A DNA stretch of 64,000 bases from an uncultured Acidobacteriota bacterium (GTDB taxonomy: Bacteria; Acidobacteriota; Vicinamibacteria; Vicinamibacterales; CAVVIG01). This document shows positions 38,992-48,758 of this stretch, in pieces. A program made the position numbers and the translations under genes. Under the pieces are notes generated by a model. That model searched no databases. It was not told the origin of the DNA and saw only the letters and a list, made by a program, of their open reading frames with translations. Location: the NCBI GenBank assembly GCA_963780685.1, contig CAWACZ010000006.1, positions 38,683 to 102,682 on the forward strand, read 5' to 3'. Every line of letters begins with the position of its first letter. Positions within the stretch are counted from its first letter, which is position 1.

Positions 38992-40221
38992 CTATTGACG
39001 TGCGATGTTCTTGAGCACCTTGCCGCCTTTCATGACAAACACCACCCGGCGGAGGGCGGTGATGTCGGTGAGTGGGTCGCCATCGACGGCGATTAGGTCA
39101 GCCTCATATCCTGGCGCAATCACGCCGATCGTGTCCTTCATCCCGAGCGCTTCGGCGGCGAGCGACGTCGCGCCGATGATCGCGTTCATCGCCGACTGAC
39201 CACCGTTCTGGACGCGGTACACAATCTCTCGCGCGTTCTGCCCGTGCGCGCCGGCGCCGGCATCGGTGCCCATGATCAACTTGAGACCATTGACAGTTAT
39301 CGCTCGCTTGAACATGGCCAGGCTCAGCGGCACCCCTTCTTCCATGAGGGCGAAACCAGACTGAGTGAAGTTGCCGATGCCCAGATAGCGATCCTTGTTC
39401 TCGATATAGTTCTGCAGCAGAAGCCCGATGTTTGGCTCGAAGAACGTGCCGTGCGCCGCCATGAGCGCCAACGTGTCGTCGGTCACCTGCGTTCCGTGCG
39501 TGACGGCCCAACAGCCTGCGATCGCGGCGGCCTTCACGGCGGAATCGGCGTGCGCGTGCACCCACGTGCGCTTGCCGAGCTTCTTCGCTTCGTCGCACGC
39601 GGCATCGAGGTGCGCCTGCGTCAAGGTTTGTCCTCCGCCGTCACGGATGCTGCGCGAGGCGAAAATCTTCACCACATCGGCACCGTCAGCGACGATCTGG
39701 CGGACGAATTCACGGATCTGATCCGGTGTGCCGGTGCTCTCGTTGACCGGCGCAATCGAAGTCAGGAGCCGCGGTCCGGGCAACACGCCTCTCGCAATCG
39801 CGGCGCGCATGGGGAGATCCAGGCGTGAGCCGATGCTCTGGGCGGTCGTGAAGCCGTTGAGAAGCATCGTGTACGCGTTTTCCGCCTCGTACAGCATCGA
39901 CTCGTCTGGTGTCTCGCCGTCACTCGTGGCCCTGCCGTCCGTGCCGAAGTGCGTGTTCATGTGGACGTGCGTGTCGATCAAACCTGGCAACAGCGTGAGC
40001 TGAGACAGGTCGTACGAAACGCGCCGGTGGGGCGCTTGTCCGGTGCTCTTGATCTTGCCGTTCTCTACGATTACCGTCGCCGAGCGTAACACTCCCCCCT
40101 TCCCGTCGAGGAGCGCTCCCGCCCGAAGCACCACTTCCTGTGCCGTCACCGGTAGGGTGATTGCCGATACAAGCAGGCAGACCGCAAACCCGCGGGCGGC
40201 TGATCTCGTTGTCGCGTGCAT
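38992..40221 (-). CDS. secreted metal-dependent amidohydrolase (imidazolonepropionase/prolidase-like TIM barrel)
   Basis: Signal peptide. PGLIDTHVHM (the HxH motif), VHAHA, and GTDAG blocks. Confidence 0.85.
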   Translation of the reverse strand: MHATTRSAARGFAVCLLVSAITLPVTAQEVVLRAGALLDGKGGVLRSATVIVENGKIKSTGQAPHRRVSYDLSQLTLLPGLIDTHVHMNTHFGTDGRATSDGETPDESMLYEAENAYTMLLNGFTTAQSIGSRLDLPMRAAIARGVLPGPRLLTSIAPVNESTGTPDQIREFVRQIVADGADVVKIFASRSIRDGGGQTLTQAHLDAACDEAKKLGKRTWVHAHADSAVKAAAIAGCWAVTHGTQVTDDTLALMAAHGTFFEPNIGLLLQNYIENKDRYLGIGNFTQSGFALMEEGVPLSLAMFKRAITVNGLKLIMGTDAGAGAHGQNAREIVYRVQNGGQSAMNAIIGATSLAAEALGMKDTIGVIAPGYEADLIAVDGDPLTDITALRRVVFVMKGGKVLKNIARQ

Positions 40222-40318
40222 GTTGCTCCCTTCACCGTCTCGGCCGATCCAGCGGGGGATTACGCTTCGAGAAATCGAACGGGCGCAGGTCGAAGCTGTG
40301 CCGCGTGACCGGTGTTGT

Positions 40319-40728
40319 CTAGGCCGAACGCCTGCGCAAGCGATGGGCGTGGCGTTTCAGAGGGAACGCCTCTCGCGCAGAACGGACGAACTCCCGGACG
40401 TGCTTGGACGAGTCGTTCCGACGCCAGGCGATGAGGACATCGAGGCGCGCGTTCGGCTCGTCGAGAGGGACGACGGCAACTCCGCTGGCGCGATGCGATT
40501 GAGTGAATGGACTGGCGATGCCCAGATCGTAGGGAATCGTTTGGCGCCCTCGCACGTGATCTCCGCCCCCGTCCGGCGTCGGGCGAACAACGTGACGCCG
40601 AGCTCGTGTTCCAACTGCCGCACTTGCCGCGTCAAGGGTGGCTGTGAAATGTGCAAACGCTGAGCGGCCCGGGTGAAATTTCGCTCCTCGGCCACAGTGA
40701 CGAATGCACGCAGATGGCGAAAATCCAC
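40319..40728 (-). pseudogene. LysR-family regulator remnant (internal deletion plus frame change)
   Basis: An intact HTH (MDFRHLRAFVTVAEERNFTRAAQRLHISQPPLTRQVRQLEHELGVTLF) is joined, in another frame, directly to the last ~65 aa of an effector domain (...VVPLDEPNARLDVLIAWRRND...). About 160 aa of a normal LysR protein are missing. Confidence 0.75.
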
Positions 40729-40914
40729 GGCCGCGATCTTACCTCAAGAGCTGACGTCGATCGGCGATGCCCGGTGAGACTGGAGCGAGGGTCGAGCTAT
40801 GCCGCGGAGGTTTTTGACAACGCAGATTCGGTATTGTTCACGGCTTGGCTCGCTCGGACGATCGCAGCGGGTGGGTTGGGTGACTTCCAGCCGTTGGCGA
40901 GTGATTCTGGCTTG

Positions 40915-43900
40915 TCACGCCCCCCGTCCTAGGCGCGCGAGGGCCTGGTCCGCGGCATTGACGCCGCCCTCGTGGGCCTCTTCGAACAGCGACAATCCGC
41001 TCACGTCCGAGTGCGCGAAGAAGAGGCCTTCCTCGCCCGCACTCAACCGCTGACGACCGGCCGCCGTGAGAAACCCTACCGTCGGCCGGATCATGCCGTG
41101 GCCAAAGCGCATGATGTCGACACGTGACACACAATCGTCGATGTCGGCGTGCGCGCGGCGGAGGTCCGCGAGAATGCGTGGGGTGAGCGTCTCCCAGGTC
41201 TGTTCCTGCAGCCAGAGCCGATTCGCGCTCGGCGATCCGTCGGCGAGCGCCCAATAGTAAGTCCAGATGGTTCGAGGCATCTTCGTCGCGAGCGACTGGT
41301 GCGTCGCGACCACGTAACCGAGGGCGGCCGAACCAAAGATCACGTTGTCCCACGCCGGCTCGACGCCAGACGATCGAGGCCAGCGATCGAGCACAAGATT
41401 CGCTGTCAGCCACGGTGAGTATTCGAACCCGGGCGAGGGATAACTGCCACCCATGAGGCGCGGGAGCAGAAACGCCGGCGCGGCATAGATCACATTCTCC
41501 GTCGTCCACACGCCGGTGTCGGCGGTCACCGTCCAGGCTGGGCCCTGCCGTTCGAAGTGCTCGACCATCGCCGACGTTTCGACGTAGGCGCCCAGCCGCT
41601 CGAGGAGACGCCGGACGATCCACCCGTTGCCCTCGGGCCAGGTCAGCGGGCCGGTCTCCTCAACCTGGCGGCCGGCATGATAGTGAACGCCGGCCCAGGC
41701 GGACACTCCGGACAGAAGAGCGCCGTAATCGTCACGACACCCGTACTCGACCCACCAGCGCAGGTAGGGAGAATCGAAGCCTTCCCGATCCAGCCAGGCG
41801 GCCATCGACATGGCGTCGAGCCGTGCGATCTCAGGTGCGCGGGCGTGCTTTGCTCGGCCACGCGACGACGGTATCGTGAAGGCACCCGTTTCCCGGAAGG
41901 CTCGCATCCGATCGTCGAAGCGTACGAACTGTTCGCGGTCGCGCGCAGTTGGACCCACCTGCGGCTCGAGTCCATCCTGCCAACGCCCGTGAATAAAGAG
42001 ACGCTCCTGGGGGGCAAAGCACAACGCCTTCTCGCTCCACTTTTCCCCGTCGAGGACGCCCAGATCCCGAAAGAACGAACGGATATCCGACGCATCGGGG
42101 CCTGGAATCGGGACGTAGTGTGCGGCCCAGGGGTATGGCGAGATCTCGTGCTCGTCCCACCGGGAGTTGCCGCCGGCACGCTCCTCCATCTCGAGCACGA
42201 CGAAGTCAGTGAAGCCACGCTGGTGGAGGCGCCAGGCGGCGCTGAGGCCGGCGATGCCACCGCCCACGATGACGACCCGGCTCCGCCCGCTCCGGCCTCT
42301 TGGGCCTGGGGCGATTGCTGATCGCAGCCGATGGCCTCGACCTCCGCCATCGTCGACGATCCTGCCGGTGGGGCCCCGCCGGCTCTTGCACGACAGGCCG
42401 ACGAGCGCCGCGCTCAAGAACAAGCGGCGCGAGATACCTACGCGATTTATGGCGTTCCACTCGTTCTCGTAGTAGTGGACGAGTGCCTGGTTGTGCAGGC
42501 GATTCACCTCGACGGTTACTGGCTTCATGTCGAGAGGGAATTCGAAGAGGGCTTCGAGCGTCTCCCTCGTAAGAAAGCGAAGGCCATCGGGCAGCGTCTC
42601 GGGTCGGCGGTACTGCGACCTGGCCGCGAGCACGAAGCCCCACTCCCCAAACGACGGGACATAGACGTGATAAGGAGTCGCCTGGAAGCCTGCGTCCTCG
42701 ACGGTGCGGACGACGCACCAGAACGATCGAGGCGCGAAGAGGGGCGAGGTGCTCTGCACGGCGAACGCGCCGTTCTCGCCCAGTCGTCGTCCCAGCAGAC
42801 GATAGAAGAGCGATGTGTACAGCTTGCCGAGCGAGAAGTTCGACGGGTCCGGAAGGTCCACGACCGCGAAGTCATAGATCTCGGTGGCCTTCTCCAGCCA
42901 CACCATCGCATCCGCCGAGACGACCTGCACGCGCGGGTCGCGAAAGGCCCCGCCGTTGAGCGCGGCGAGCTGCGGATGCACGGTGAAGAGCCGCGGCATC
43001 TCCGGATCGAGATCGACGAGCGTCACCTGTTCGACTTGGGGATATTTCAGGATCTCGCGTAAGGCGAGACCGTCGCCGCCTCCGAGCACGAGCACCCTTC
43101 TCGCACGCCTCGCTGCCAGCCCGGGATGGACAAGGGTCTCGTGGTACCGATACTCGTCGCGTGAGCTGAACTGAAGGTGTGAATTGAGAAACAACCGAAG
43201 ATCGTTCCGCCACGCCGTCACGACGATCCGCTGATACGGCGTCGTTCGAGCCAGAATCACCTCGTCGGCGTAGAGGCCGCTTTCGGCCACGTCGAGCACA
43301 CGCTCTGCCGAGAACATGCCGCCGACGAGCAGCGCGATCACCAGCGCCGCCGCGACGCCAAGCGACCGCCGATGCGGCATCGCGTCCCGAAACAGGTAGA
43401 GCGTCCAGAGCGCGACAATCGCATTGACCAGGCCGAAGAGCATGGCCGCACGCAGAAGCCCGAGCTGCGGCACGAGAATCGTCGGGAACAAGACGGATGC
43501 GACGAGCGCCCCGAGGTAATCGAAGGTCAGGACGTGGGCGACCACGTCCTTGAACTCGAAGCGGTCGCGCAGAATCCGCATCAGCAACGGGATCTCGAGG
43601 CCGACGAGCGTGCCCACGACGAGGACCAAGGTATAGAGGATGGGGCGGAATACATCGGTCCAGCCGAACACGAGGAAGAGTACGGCGGACGAAAACCCGC
43701 CGACGAGCGCGATGAGAATCTGGACGATCACGAACTGCCGCACGACCCCTCGTGTCACGTATCGTGACAGCCAGGAGCCGACGCCCATCGCGAAGAGATA
43801 GGCGCCAATCACGGTGGAGAACTGGGTGACGCTGTCCCCAAGCAGATAACTGGCCAGCGCGCCCGCCACGAGCTCGTAGACCAGCCCGCACGTTGCAATG

Positions 43901-43956
43901 AGGAGGACCGCCGCTAGCAGCGCTGGTGCCATGAAATCCGAAGGCCCGACGATCAC
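40915..43956 (-). CDS. fusion protein: polytopic-membrane spermidine-synthase-like aminopropyltransferase plus FAD-dependent amine oxidoreductase
   Basis: ~200-aa multi-TM N-terminus. SpeE-like core (VLVLGGGDGLALREILK, DLPDPSN). Internal RRLFLSAALVGLSC, then VVIVGGGIAGLSAAW and an oxidoreductase domain. One frame without a stop (1013 aa). Start is GTG 43956 or ATG 43933. Confidence 0.85.
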   Translation of the reverse strand: MIVGPSDFMAPALLAAVLLIATCGLVYELVAGALASYLLGDSVTQFSTVIGAYLFAMGVGSWLSRYVTRGVVRQFVIVQILIALVGGFSSAVLFLVFGWTDVFRPILYTLVLVVGTLVGLEIPLLMRILRDRFEFKDVVAHVLTFDYLGALVASVLFPTILVPQLGLLRAAMLFGLVNAIVALWTLYLFRDAMPHRRSLGVAAALVIALLVGGMFSAERVLDVAESGLYADEVILARTTPYQRIVVTAWRNDLRLFLNSHLQFSSRDEYRYHETLVHPGLAARRARRVLVLGGGDGLALREILKYPQVEQVTLVDLDPEMPRLFTVHPQLAALNGGAFRDPRVQVVSADAMVWLEKATEIYDFAVVDLPDPSNFSLGKLYTSLFYRLLGRRLGENGAFAVQSTSPLFAPRSFWCVVRTVEDAGFQATPYHVYVPSFGEWGFVLAARSQYRRPETLPDGLRFLTRETLEALFEFPLDMKPVTVEVNRLHNQALVHYYENEWNAINRVGISRRLFLSAALVGLSCKSRRGPTGRIVDDGGGRGHRLRSAIAPGPRGRSGRSRVVIVGGGIAGLSAAWRLHQRGFTDFVVLEMEERAGGNSRWDEHEISPYPWAAHYVPIPGPDASDIRSFFRDLGVLDGEKWSEKALCFAPQERLFIHGRWQDGLEPQVGPTARDREQFVRFDDRMRAFRETGAFTIPSSRGRAKHARAPEIARLDAMSMAAWLDREGFDSPYLRWWVEYGCRDDYGALLSGVSAWAGVHYHAGRQVEETGPLTWPEGNGWIVRRLLERLGAYVETSAMVEHFERQGPAWTVTADTGVWTTENVIYAAPAFLLPRLMGGSYPSPGFEYSPWLTANLVLDRWPRSSGVEPAWDNVIFGSAALGYVVATHQSLATKMPRTIWTYYWALADGSPSANRLWLQEQTWETLTPRILADLRRAHADIDDCVSRVDIMRFGHGMIRPTVGFLTAAGRQRLSAGEEGLFFAHSDVSGLSLFEEAHEGGVNAADQALARLGRGA

Positions 43957-43960
43957 CGCG

Positions 43961-44173
43961 TCAGTGAATGGCCGCGGCGATGATGAGGCAGAGGCCGATC
44001 GAGACCAGCCCGATGAACATGGCCAATGCCGTGTTCTGATGCTCGACGATCTCGCGCCACAGCGAATACGGCGTCAACCGATCGAGGACGACGAACGAGA
44101 CGGCGAACACCACGATGCCGAGCAACGCAAACACCACGGACGCCACCAGATTCGCGTAGACGTCAGCCACCAT
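43961..44173 (-). CDS. DUF350 (YjfL-like) small membrane protein
   Basis: 70 aa with 3 TM segments. Strong RBS aggaggaaag. Sequence pattern NLVASVVFALLGIVVF...NTALAMFIGLVSIGL. Confidence 0.75.
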   Translation of the reverse strand: MVADVYANLVASVVFALLGIVVFAVSFVVLDRLTPYSLWREIVEHQNTALAMFIGLVSIGLCLIIAAAIH

Positions 44174-44174
44174 G

Positions 44175-44360
44175 TCACTTTCCTCCTGGATAGCGCGGCG
44201 ATGCCCCGTATACGGGACGATAGGCGCCCGGGTTGTCGCGAACCGAGCGCGGGACGTTATCGACGCGAGTGACGCCCGCCAGCGACCAGCCGCGGTACTC
44301 CGCTGTGCCGAGCAGGCTCAAGACGAGCGCACCGTAAATCAGATACCCCAGTCGCCACAT
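44175..44360 (-). CDS. 61-aa membrane peptide
   Basis: TAATG overlap with the upstream gene, and the stop lies 1 nt before the DUF350 ATG. One TM segment (LGYLIYGALVLSLLG). Confidence 0.5.
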   Translation of the reverse strand: MWRLGYLIYGALVLSLLGTAEYRGWSLAGVTRVDNVPRSVRDNPGAYRPVYGASPRYPGGK

Positions 44361-46281
44361 TAGTCGTCATCCTCCTCGTCATTCTCCCCGTGGGCGTCAC
44401 TCTGGCTCCAGCGCTCGCGCTCGAACGCGAGGTGTCGCCAGGTGACGACGACCGGCGGGATCGCCAACAGCAACAGGGCCAGACCGTAGAAAATCCAGAC
44501 CGGCCTGTCGCGCTGCACCCGGATCGAATATTCCACGGGCGAGCGGTTTGCCGGGTCGCCGTCGGGTTCGACCCGCAGGTAGTAGCGACCGGCCGGCACG
44601 CTCGGCACGAGCACGCCGCCACGAGGCGACCCCGAGGCCCACGACTCGCCGTCTTCGACGCCGAAGTAGTACTCCAGCTCGCGGTCGAAGTCCAATGCGA
44701 CGCTCGTCTCGTCGTTGATGAGGGCGAGGCTCACGTGCAGCCAGTTGTTGGTCAGGTTGGTGTCGAGTGAGACATCGACGTTCGACGTGCGTCCCTCGAT
44801 CGTGAAGGGCTCGGTGACGAATGCGGCATTCGGGGAAGTCGGATCGAAGTGAAATCGACCCGTGAAGACCGTCGAGCCAGACCCGAACAGCCTGACGATG
44901 GCGACGAGGAGCACGAGCGCAGCGAGCGCGGCGAACGTGCGCCAGTACGGCCCGACCTTCTCTTTGAACGGCGACGGCTGGTTGGCGAACACGCCAACGG
45001 TGGCGGGCGGCTGCCCCTCGAGCGAGAAGGCGCGCCACACGTAGTTGCCGGGCACGTACATGCCGAGCGACCAGGTCGCCTCCGAGGCAGTCCCCTCGCG
45101 CGACAGCAGGAAAGGCGGCGCGACGTAATCCTCGACCTGCGCCGTCTCTCCCACTTTCACGACCCATGGAAACTCGCCCAGGACGAAAGCCGTTCGTGCG
45201 TGCGCCGACTGGAAGAGTTTGAACGTTCGTCCCTGCAGCTGGCGTATCGCCCGGTGCCCGACGCCATGCTCGCTCGGCGTCTCGTCCAACACGGCGATAT
45301 CCGTCCAGTGGCCGTCGTACTCGCTGAGATAACGAAATCCCTGCTGTGGATTGAACAGGACGTATTCGTCCCACCCATACGTGACGCCTTCCACGTCGAT
45401 GGTCCGGTGCTGGAATCCGACGACTTCGTAACGCGCCCCATGCCACTCGCCGCTCGTCCCGAGCGGAATCGTCGGCGCCATCTGCTCTCGATTGGTGACC
45501 CGCTGCAGAATTCCGACGTTCGCATCCGTCGCGTCGGCAATCGACCCGCAGCTGCCGCACACGACCGACTGCGAATGCCCGACGGCTCTGAGAACGAGAG
45601 GTGCGCCACACTGGCCGCAGTTGAGCGCGCCGACCGGGACCGATTTCGAGCGGTCGACGTCGCGGAGATTGTGGAGCGAAAGCGCGTCGAATGACACCCT
45701 CCGGCCGGCAAAGAACGTCGGAGGATCGTCCGTGTAGTCGATCGTGGCGACCGCCGAGTCGGCCGAACGCAGATCAGCGAAACGCGCGAGCTGGCGATTC
45801 CACGACTCGAACGGAAGCTCGCCCTCTGTGCCTCGATAGCGGGCATCGGTGATGGTGACGACTTCGAAGCGCTGGTTCCCCAAACCGACGCTCGTGCCGA
45901 GCGCGATGGCGGCGGCCGGTGGAAGTGCGATGGGTTCCGACACTCGCTCGTACACGGCGTAGCGGAGCTGGGCATCCGAAAGCCAACCCGTGCGGCCACC
46001 CTCAAAAAGCAGGTGCCACTCGCTCCACGCACCGCCGTCGGTACTCATAGGCGATGCGCCCGATGACGGTGAAACTGCGCCCCTCGAAGCGCCCGGTCGT
46101 ACCCGAGCTGGATGGGTGAGGTGTCGGGCGGTGGATCGCTGACCGTCCCGACCCGTTCGAGATCCACATCGTGTCGGACGATGATGGATCGACAATGCGG
46201 GCAGACGGTCTGGACGGATCCCGACCAGGCAAACGTCAGGGGGCCATTGCAGTTCGGACAGCCGGCCGCCGCGCGGCTCAT
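44360..46281 (-). pseudogene. tandem DUF4178 protein with two zinc ribbons, C-terminal TM and acidic tail; two +1 frame disruptions near the 5' end
   Basis: Readable as MSRAAAGCPNCNGPL...CPHCRS...PIQLG (frame of 46045..46281) | TTGRFEGRSFTVIGRIAYEY (frame of 46002..46232) | DGGAWSEWHLLFEGGRTGWLSDAQ... (frame of 44360..46513). A second CGQCGAP...CGSCGS ribbon and a second DUF4178-like repeat follow. Switches at 46099-104 and 46040-44. Confidence 0.8.
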
Positions 46282-46667
46282 GACGACCCGGCCGACGCTG
46301 TGCCGACCTCAGACGTCGACCCACTGCCGTACGAGCGCTCGATCCGTCTGACGTGCACCTCCCGCGCACCGACGATGCGACGGACGATGCGCTCGGGCTG
46401 CCACTCAGGGCGCGCGACACAGCAGAATACGTTGAGACAAAGACTGGCGTGCTCGGGGAACGTGTGACACGCCAGGTGTGATTCGGCGAGCACCTGCAGG
46501 CCAGTGAGACCACCTGTGTGTGGAAATCGGTGCCAGGCCGCCGGTCCCACGGGCGTCAGTCGCACGGCTTCGACCAGCGCGGCAAAGAGCCGTTCGAGCG
46601 TGCGCGCGTCGCGCAACGACTCGACGTCACAGCCCGTCGCGTCCACGACCCATTCGATGCCTGTCAT
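46278..46667 (-). CDS. small (class 1) pyruvoyl S-adenosylmethionine decarboxylase proenzyme
   Basis: ~130 aa. VLAESHLACHTFPEH contains the ES self-cleavage site and HT(F/W)PE motif. ATGA overlap with the DUF4178 gene. Confidence 0.85.
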   Translation of the reverse strand: MTGIEWVVDATGCDVESLRDARTLERLFAALVEAVRLTPVGPAAWHRFPHTGGLTGLQVLAESHLACHTFPEHASLCLNVFCCVARPEWQPERIVRRIVGAREVHVRRIERSYGSGSTSEVGTASAGSS

Positions 46668-46966
46668 GCGCCCGTGCCTGGATCCTGACGCCTCAACGCC
46701 GCGCGTACGCGCACGTTCCTGAACGAGAACTGTGGACAGCAGTCCCAGTCCGCGGAAATTCGGCCATCGCAACCGGTCGTCATCAAGTGCGGATGGATTT
46801 CAAGTCCGACGAGGCCTCGCCAAGGGCGGCGACGCTACACTCTACTACCACGATAGACCGTTGGCAAAGCCAAGGAGACCCGAAACGATGAAACAATCCC
46901 GGTCCGGAGCTGGTCGACGAGATTTGCCTCGAAACGAGAAGTTGGCTCAGCATATGAAGTGAGCCT

Positions 46967-47861
46967 ATGCGCGGAACACTTACGGACAACCGGCTCCTGG
47001 ACGGCCGTGCCGTCCGCGACCGCATTCTCGGGGACGTGGCCGAGCGCGTGCGCGAGGCGGCAGCGACGCACACCATCGGCCGCCTCGTGTCGATCAGCAT
47101 CGGCGAGCACAAGGAAGCGGCGGTCTACGTTCGCGGGCAGGCGAGCGCCGCGAAAAAGGTCGGTCTCCGCTTCGATGACCAGACCTGGCCAAGCACACTC
47201 AGTCATCAGGAGTGCAAGGCGCGGAATCGTGCGAATGAACGATGATCCTGAGATCCTCGGCGTCATCTTGCAGCGGCCAGTGCCCGAGCATATCCACGGC
47301 CGCTCGCTCGCATCCGCGATCCATCCCTTGAAAGACATCGAAGGCATGAACCCTGCCTCGATCGGCGACATCATCTACAACGAGCTCGCGCTGGCGCCCT
47401 GTACGGCCGCGGCGTCAGTCGAGCTGATTAAAGCGACCGGTCTCAACCTGCACGGGCTCGAGGTCGTGATGGTCGGCCACTCCGAAATTGTCGGGAAGCC
47501 CGCCGCGCTGATGCTGATGGCGCAAGGGGCGACCGTGACCGTGTGCCACCATTTGACGCGGTCGGTGGCCGCACATTCGCGTCGTGCGGATGCTGTGCTC
47601 GTCGCGGTCGGCAAGCCGAGGTTTCTGCACGCTGACATGGTGAAGCCCGGCGCCGCCGTCATCGACATCGGCATCAACCTGGTCACCGGCCCGGACGGTG
47701 AGACGATGATCGTGGGCGATGTCGATACCGATGGCGTCAAAGAGGTGGCGAGCTGGGTCACCCCGGTGCCGGGTGGCGTCGGCCCGGTGACCGTCGCCAT
47801 GTTCATGCGGAACGCGATCGCCGCGCACACGAAACAGCTCGCCGCCGGCTGGCTCGGCTGA
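46967..47861 (+). pseudogene. folD: bifunctional methylene-THF dehydrogenase/cyclohydrolase, one +1 frame disruption
   Basis: The N-terminus (LLDGRAVRDRILGDV...YVRGQASAAKKVGL) is in ORF 46967..47245. The rest (DDPEILGVILQRPVP...VVMVGHSEIVGKPAALML...TPVPGGVGPVTVAM) is in ORF 46959..47861. The switch is about 47215-47240. Confidence 0.9.
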
Positions 47862-47883
47862 ATCGGGCTGGCGCTGTCGGGGT

Positions 47884-48165
47884 TCACAACAACTCGGAAA
47901 CGATACGCGTCCATTCCGCATCGAGCGAGTCGGTTGCTTCAGGCTTGCGGGCCCGCCGGTACCAATATCGGGCGTTGGAACGGTCGCCCTCTTTCCGATG
48001 GAGATACGCGTGCACCCACGCGCCATTCTCATCGTCGACATCCTGCGCGATCGCGTGCGCCGTCTGCCAGTCGCCGCGCGCGTCGTGCCAGAGCGCACGT
48101 AACAGCGGCGCGACATCGGGCGCGTTGGCGGTTGCGAGCGTCCGTTTGAAGTCGTCGAGGGTCAT
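47884..48165 (-). CDS. small hypothetical protein (~93 aa)
   Basis: From MTLDDFKRTLATANAPD...AWVHAYLHRKEGD...ARYWYRRA. Protein-like composition, no family recognised. Confidence 0.4.
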   Translation of the reverse strand: MTLDDFKRTLATANAPDVAPLLRALWHDARGDWQTAHAIAQDVDDENGAWVHAYLHRKEGDRSNARYWYRRARKPEATDSLDAEWTRIVSELL

Positions 48166-48214
48166 TGGGCACGCAAGCTGATCGCTCGCAGCGGTGCAGC
48201 CGTCAAGAAGTGCT

Positions 48215-48649
48215 CTATAAGTACCCAACCGAAGGGTCCAAGGCAATCGCGCTTCGGCTGAATACGCCGCTGCCATGCCCCAGCAAGCGTCCCGCTCCGT
48301 CCAGGAGATCCGCTTCCGCCAGAAACAAGCGTCCGCTCTCATGCCGCAGACGCCCGATTGAGTGCAGCTCTCCGTCGGTGACCGGGCGGGTGAGGTGGAT
48401 CGTGAACGAGACGGTCAAAACGAACACTTCGCGCACGCGCGAGTTCACGGCAAAGAAGGCCGCGTCGTCGAGCATCCGGAAATACACGGAGCCGTGCACC
48501 GCGTGCGCGGCGTGAAAAAACTCAGGCCGCGTGGCCAGCCGCACCTCGGCTTGGCCGTCGGCGACAGTGATTCGAGTGCCAAACCACTGCGTGATTGGAG
48601 CGGAGGCGTACAGCCGCTCGAGTTTGCGGTAGTGCTCGGTGTCGCTCAT
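48215..48649 (-). CDS. PaaI-type hotdog-fold thioesterase
   Basis: HAVHGSVYFRMLDDAAFFA...GRLFLAEADLLDGAGRLLGHGSGVF fits the PaaI/YdiI pattern. Confidence 0.75.
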   Translation of the reverse strand: MSDTEHYRKLERLYASAPITQWFGTRITVADGQAEVRLATRPEFFHAAHAVHGSVYFRMLDDAAFFAVNSRVREVFVLTVSFTIHLTRPVTDGELHSIGRLRHESGRLFLAEADLLDGAGRLLGHGSGVFSRSAIALDPSVGYL

Positions 48650-48758
48650 GGAATTGGAGCCTCCGAGGAGTAATCTTCACGAAACACTAATCGAAAGCCA
48701 GGCCGTTCATCTACGATTGAGCGTGCGCATTCGATTCACAACCCTGAGGAGGTTCGAC

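Noticed and set aside
46282-46513. N-terminal extension of the 717-aa ORF 44360..46513
   Set aside because: It overlaps the AdoMetDC gene and has non-protein-like composition. The real N-terminus (a zinc ribbon from ATG 46281) lies in other frames and is joined by two single-nt corrections.
46773-46966. ZTP (pfl) or THF riboswitch upstream of folD
   Set aside because: I could not find the conserved ZTP pseudoknot elements (for example a ...CCGCCUGGGC-type 3' segment) or a THF-like fold by eye. This cannot be excluded without a covariance-model scan.
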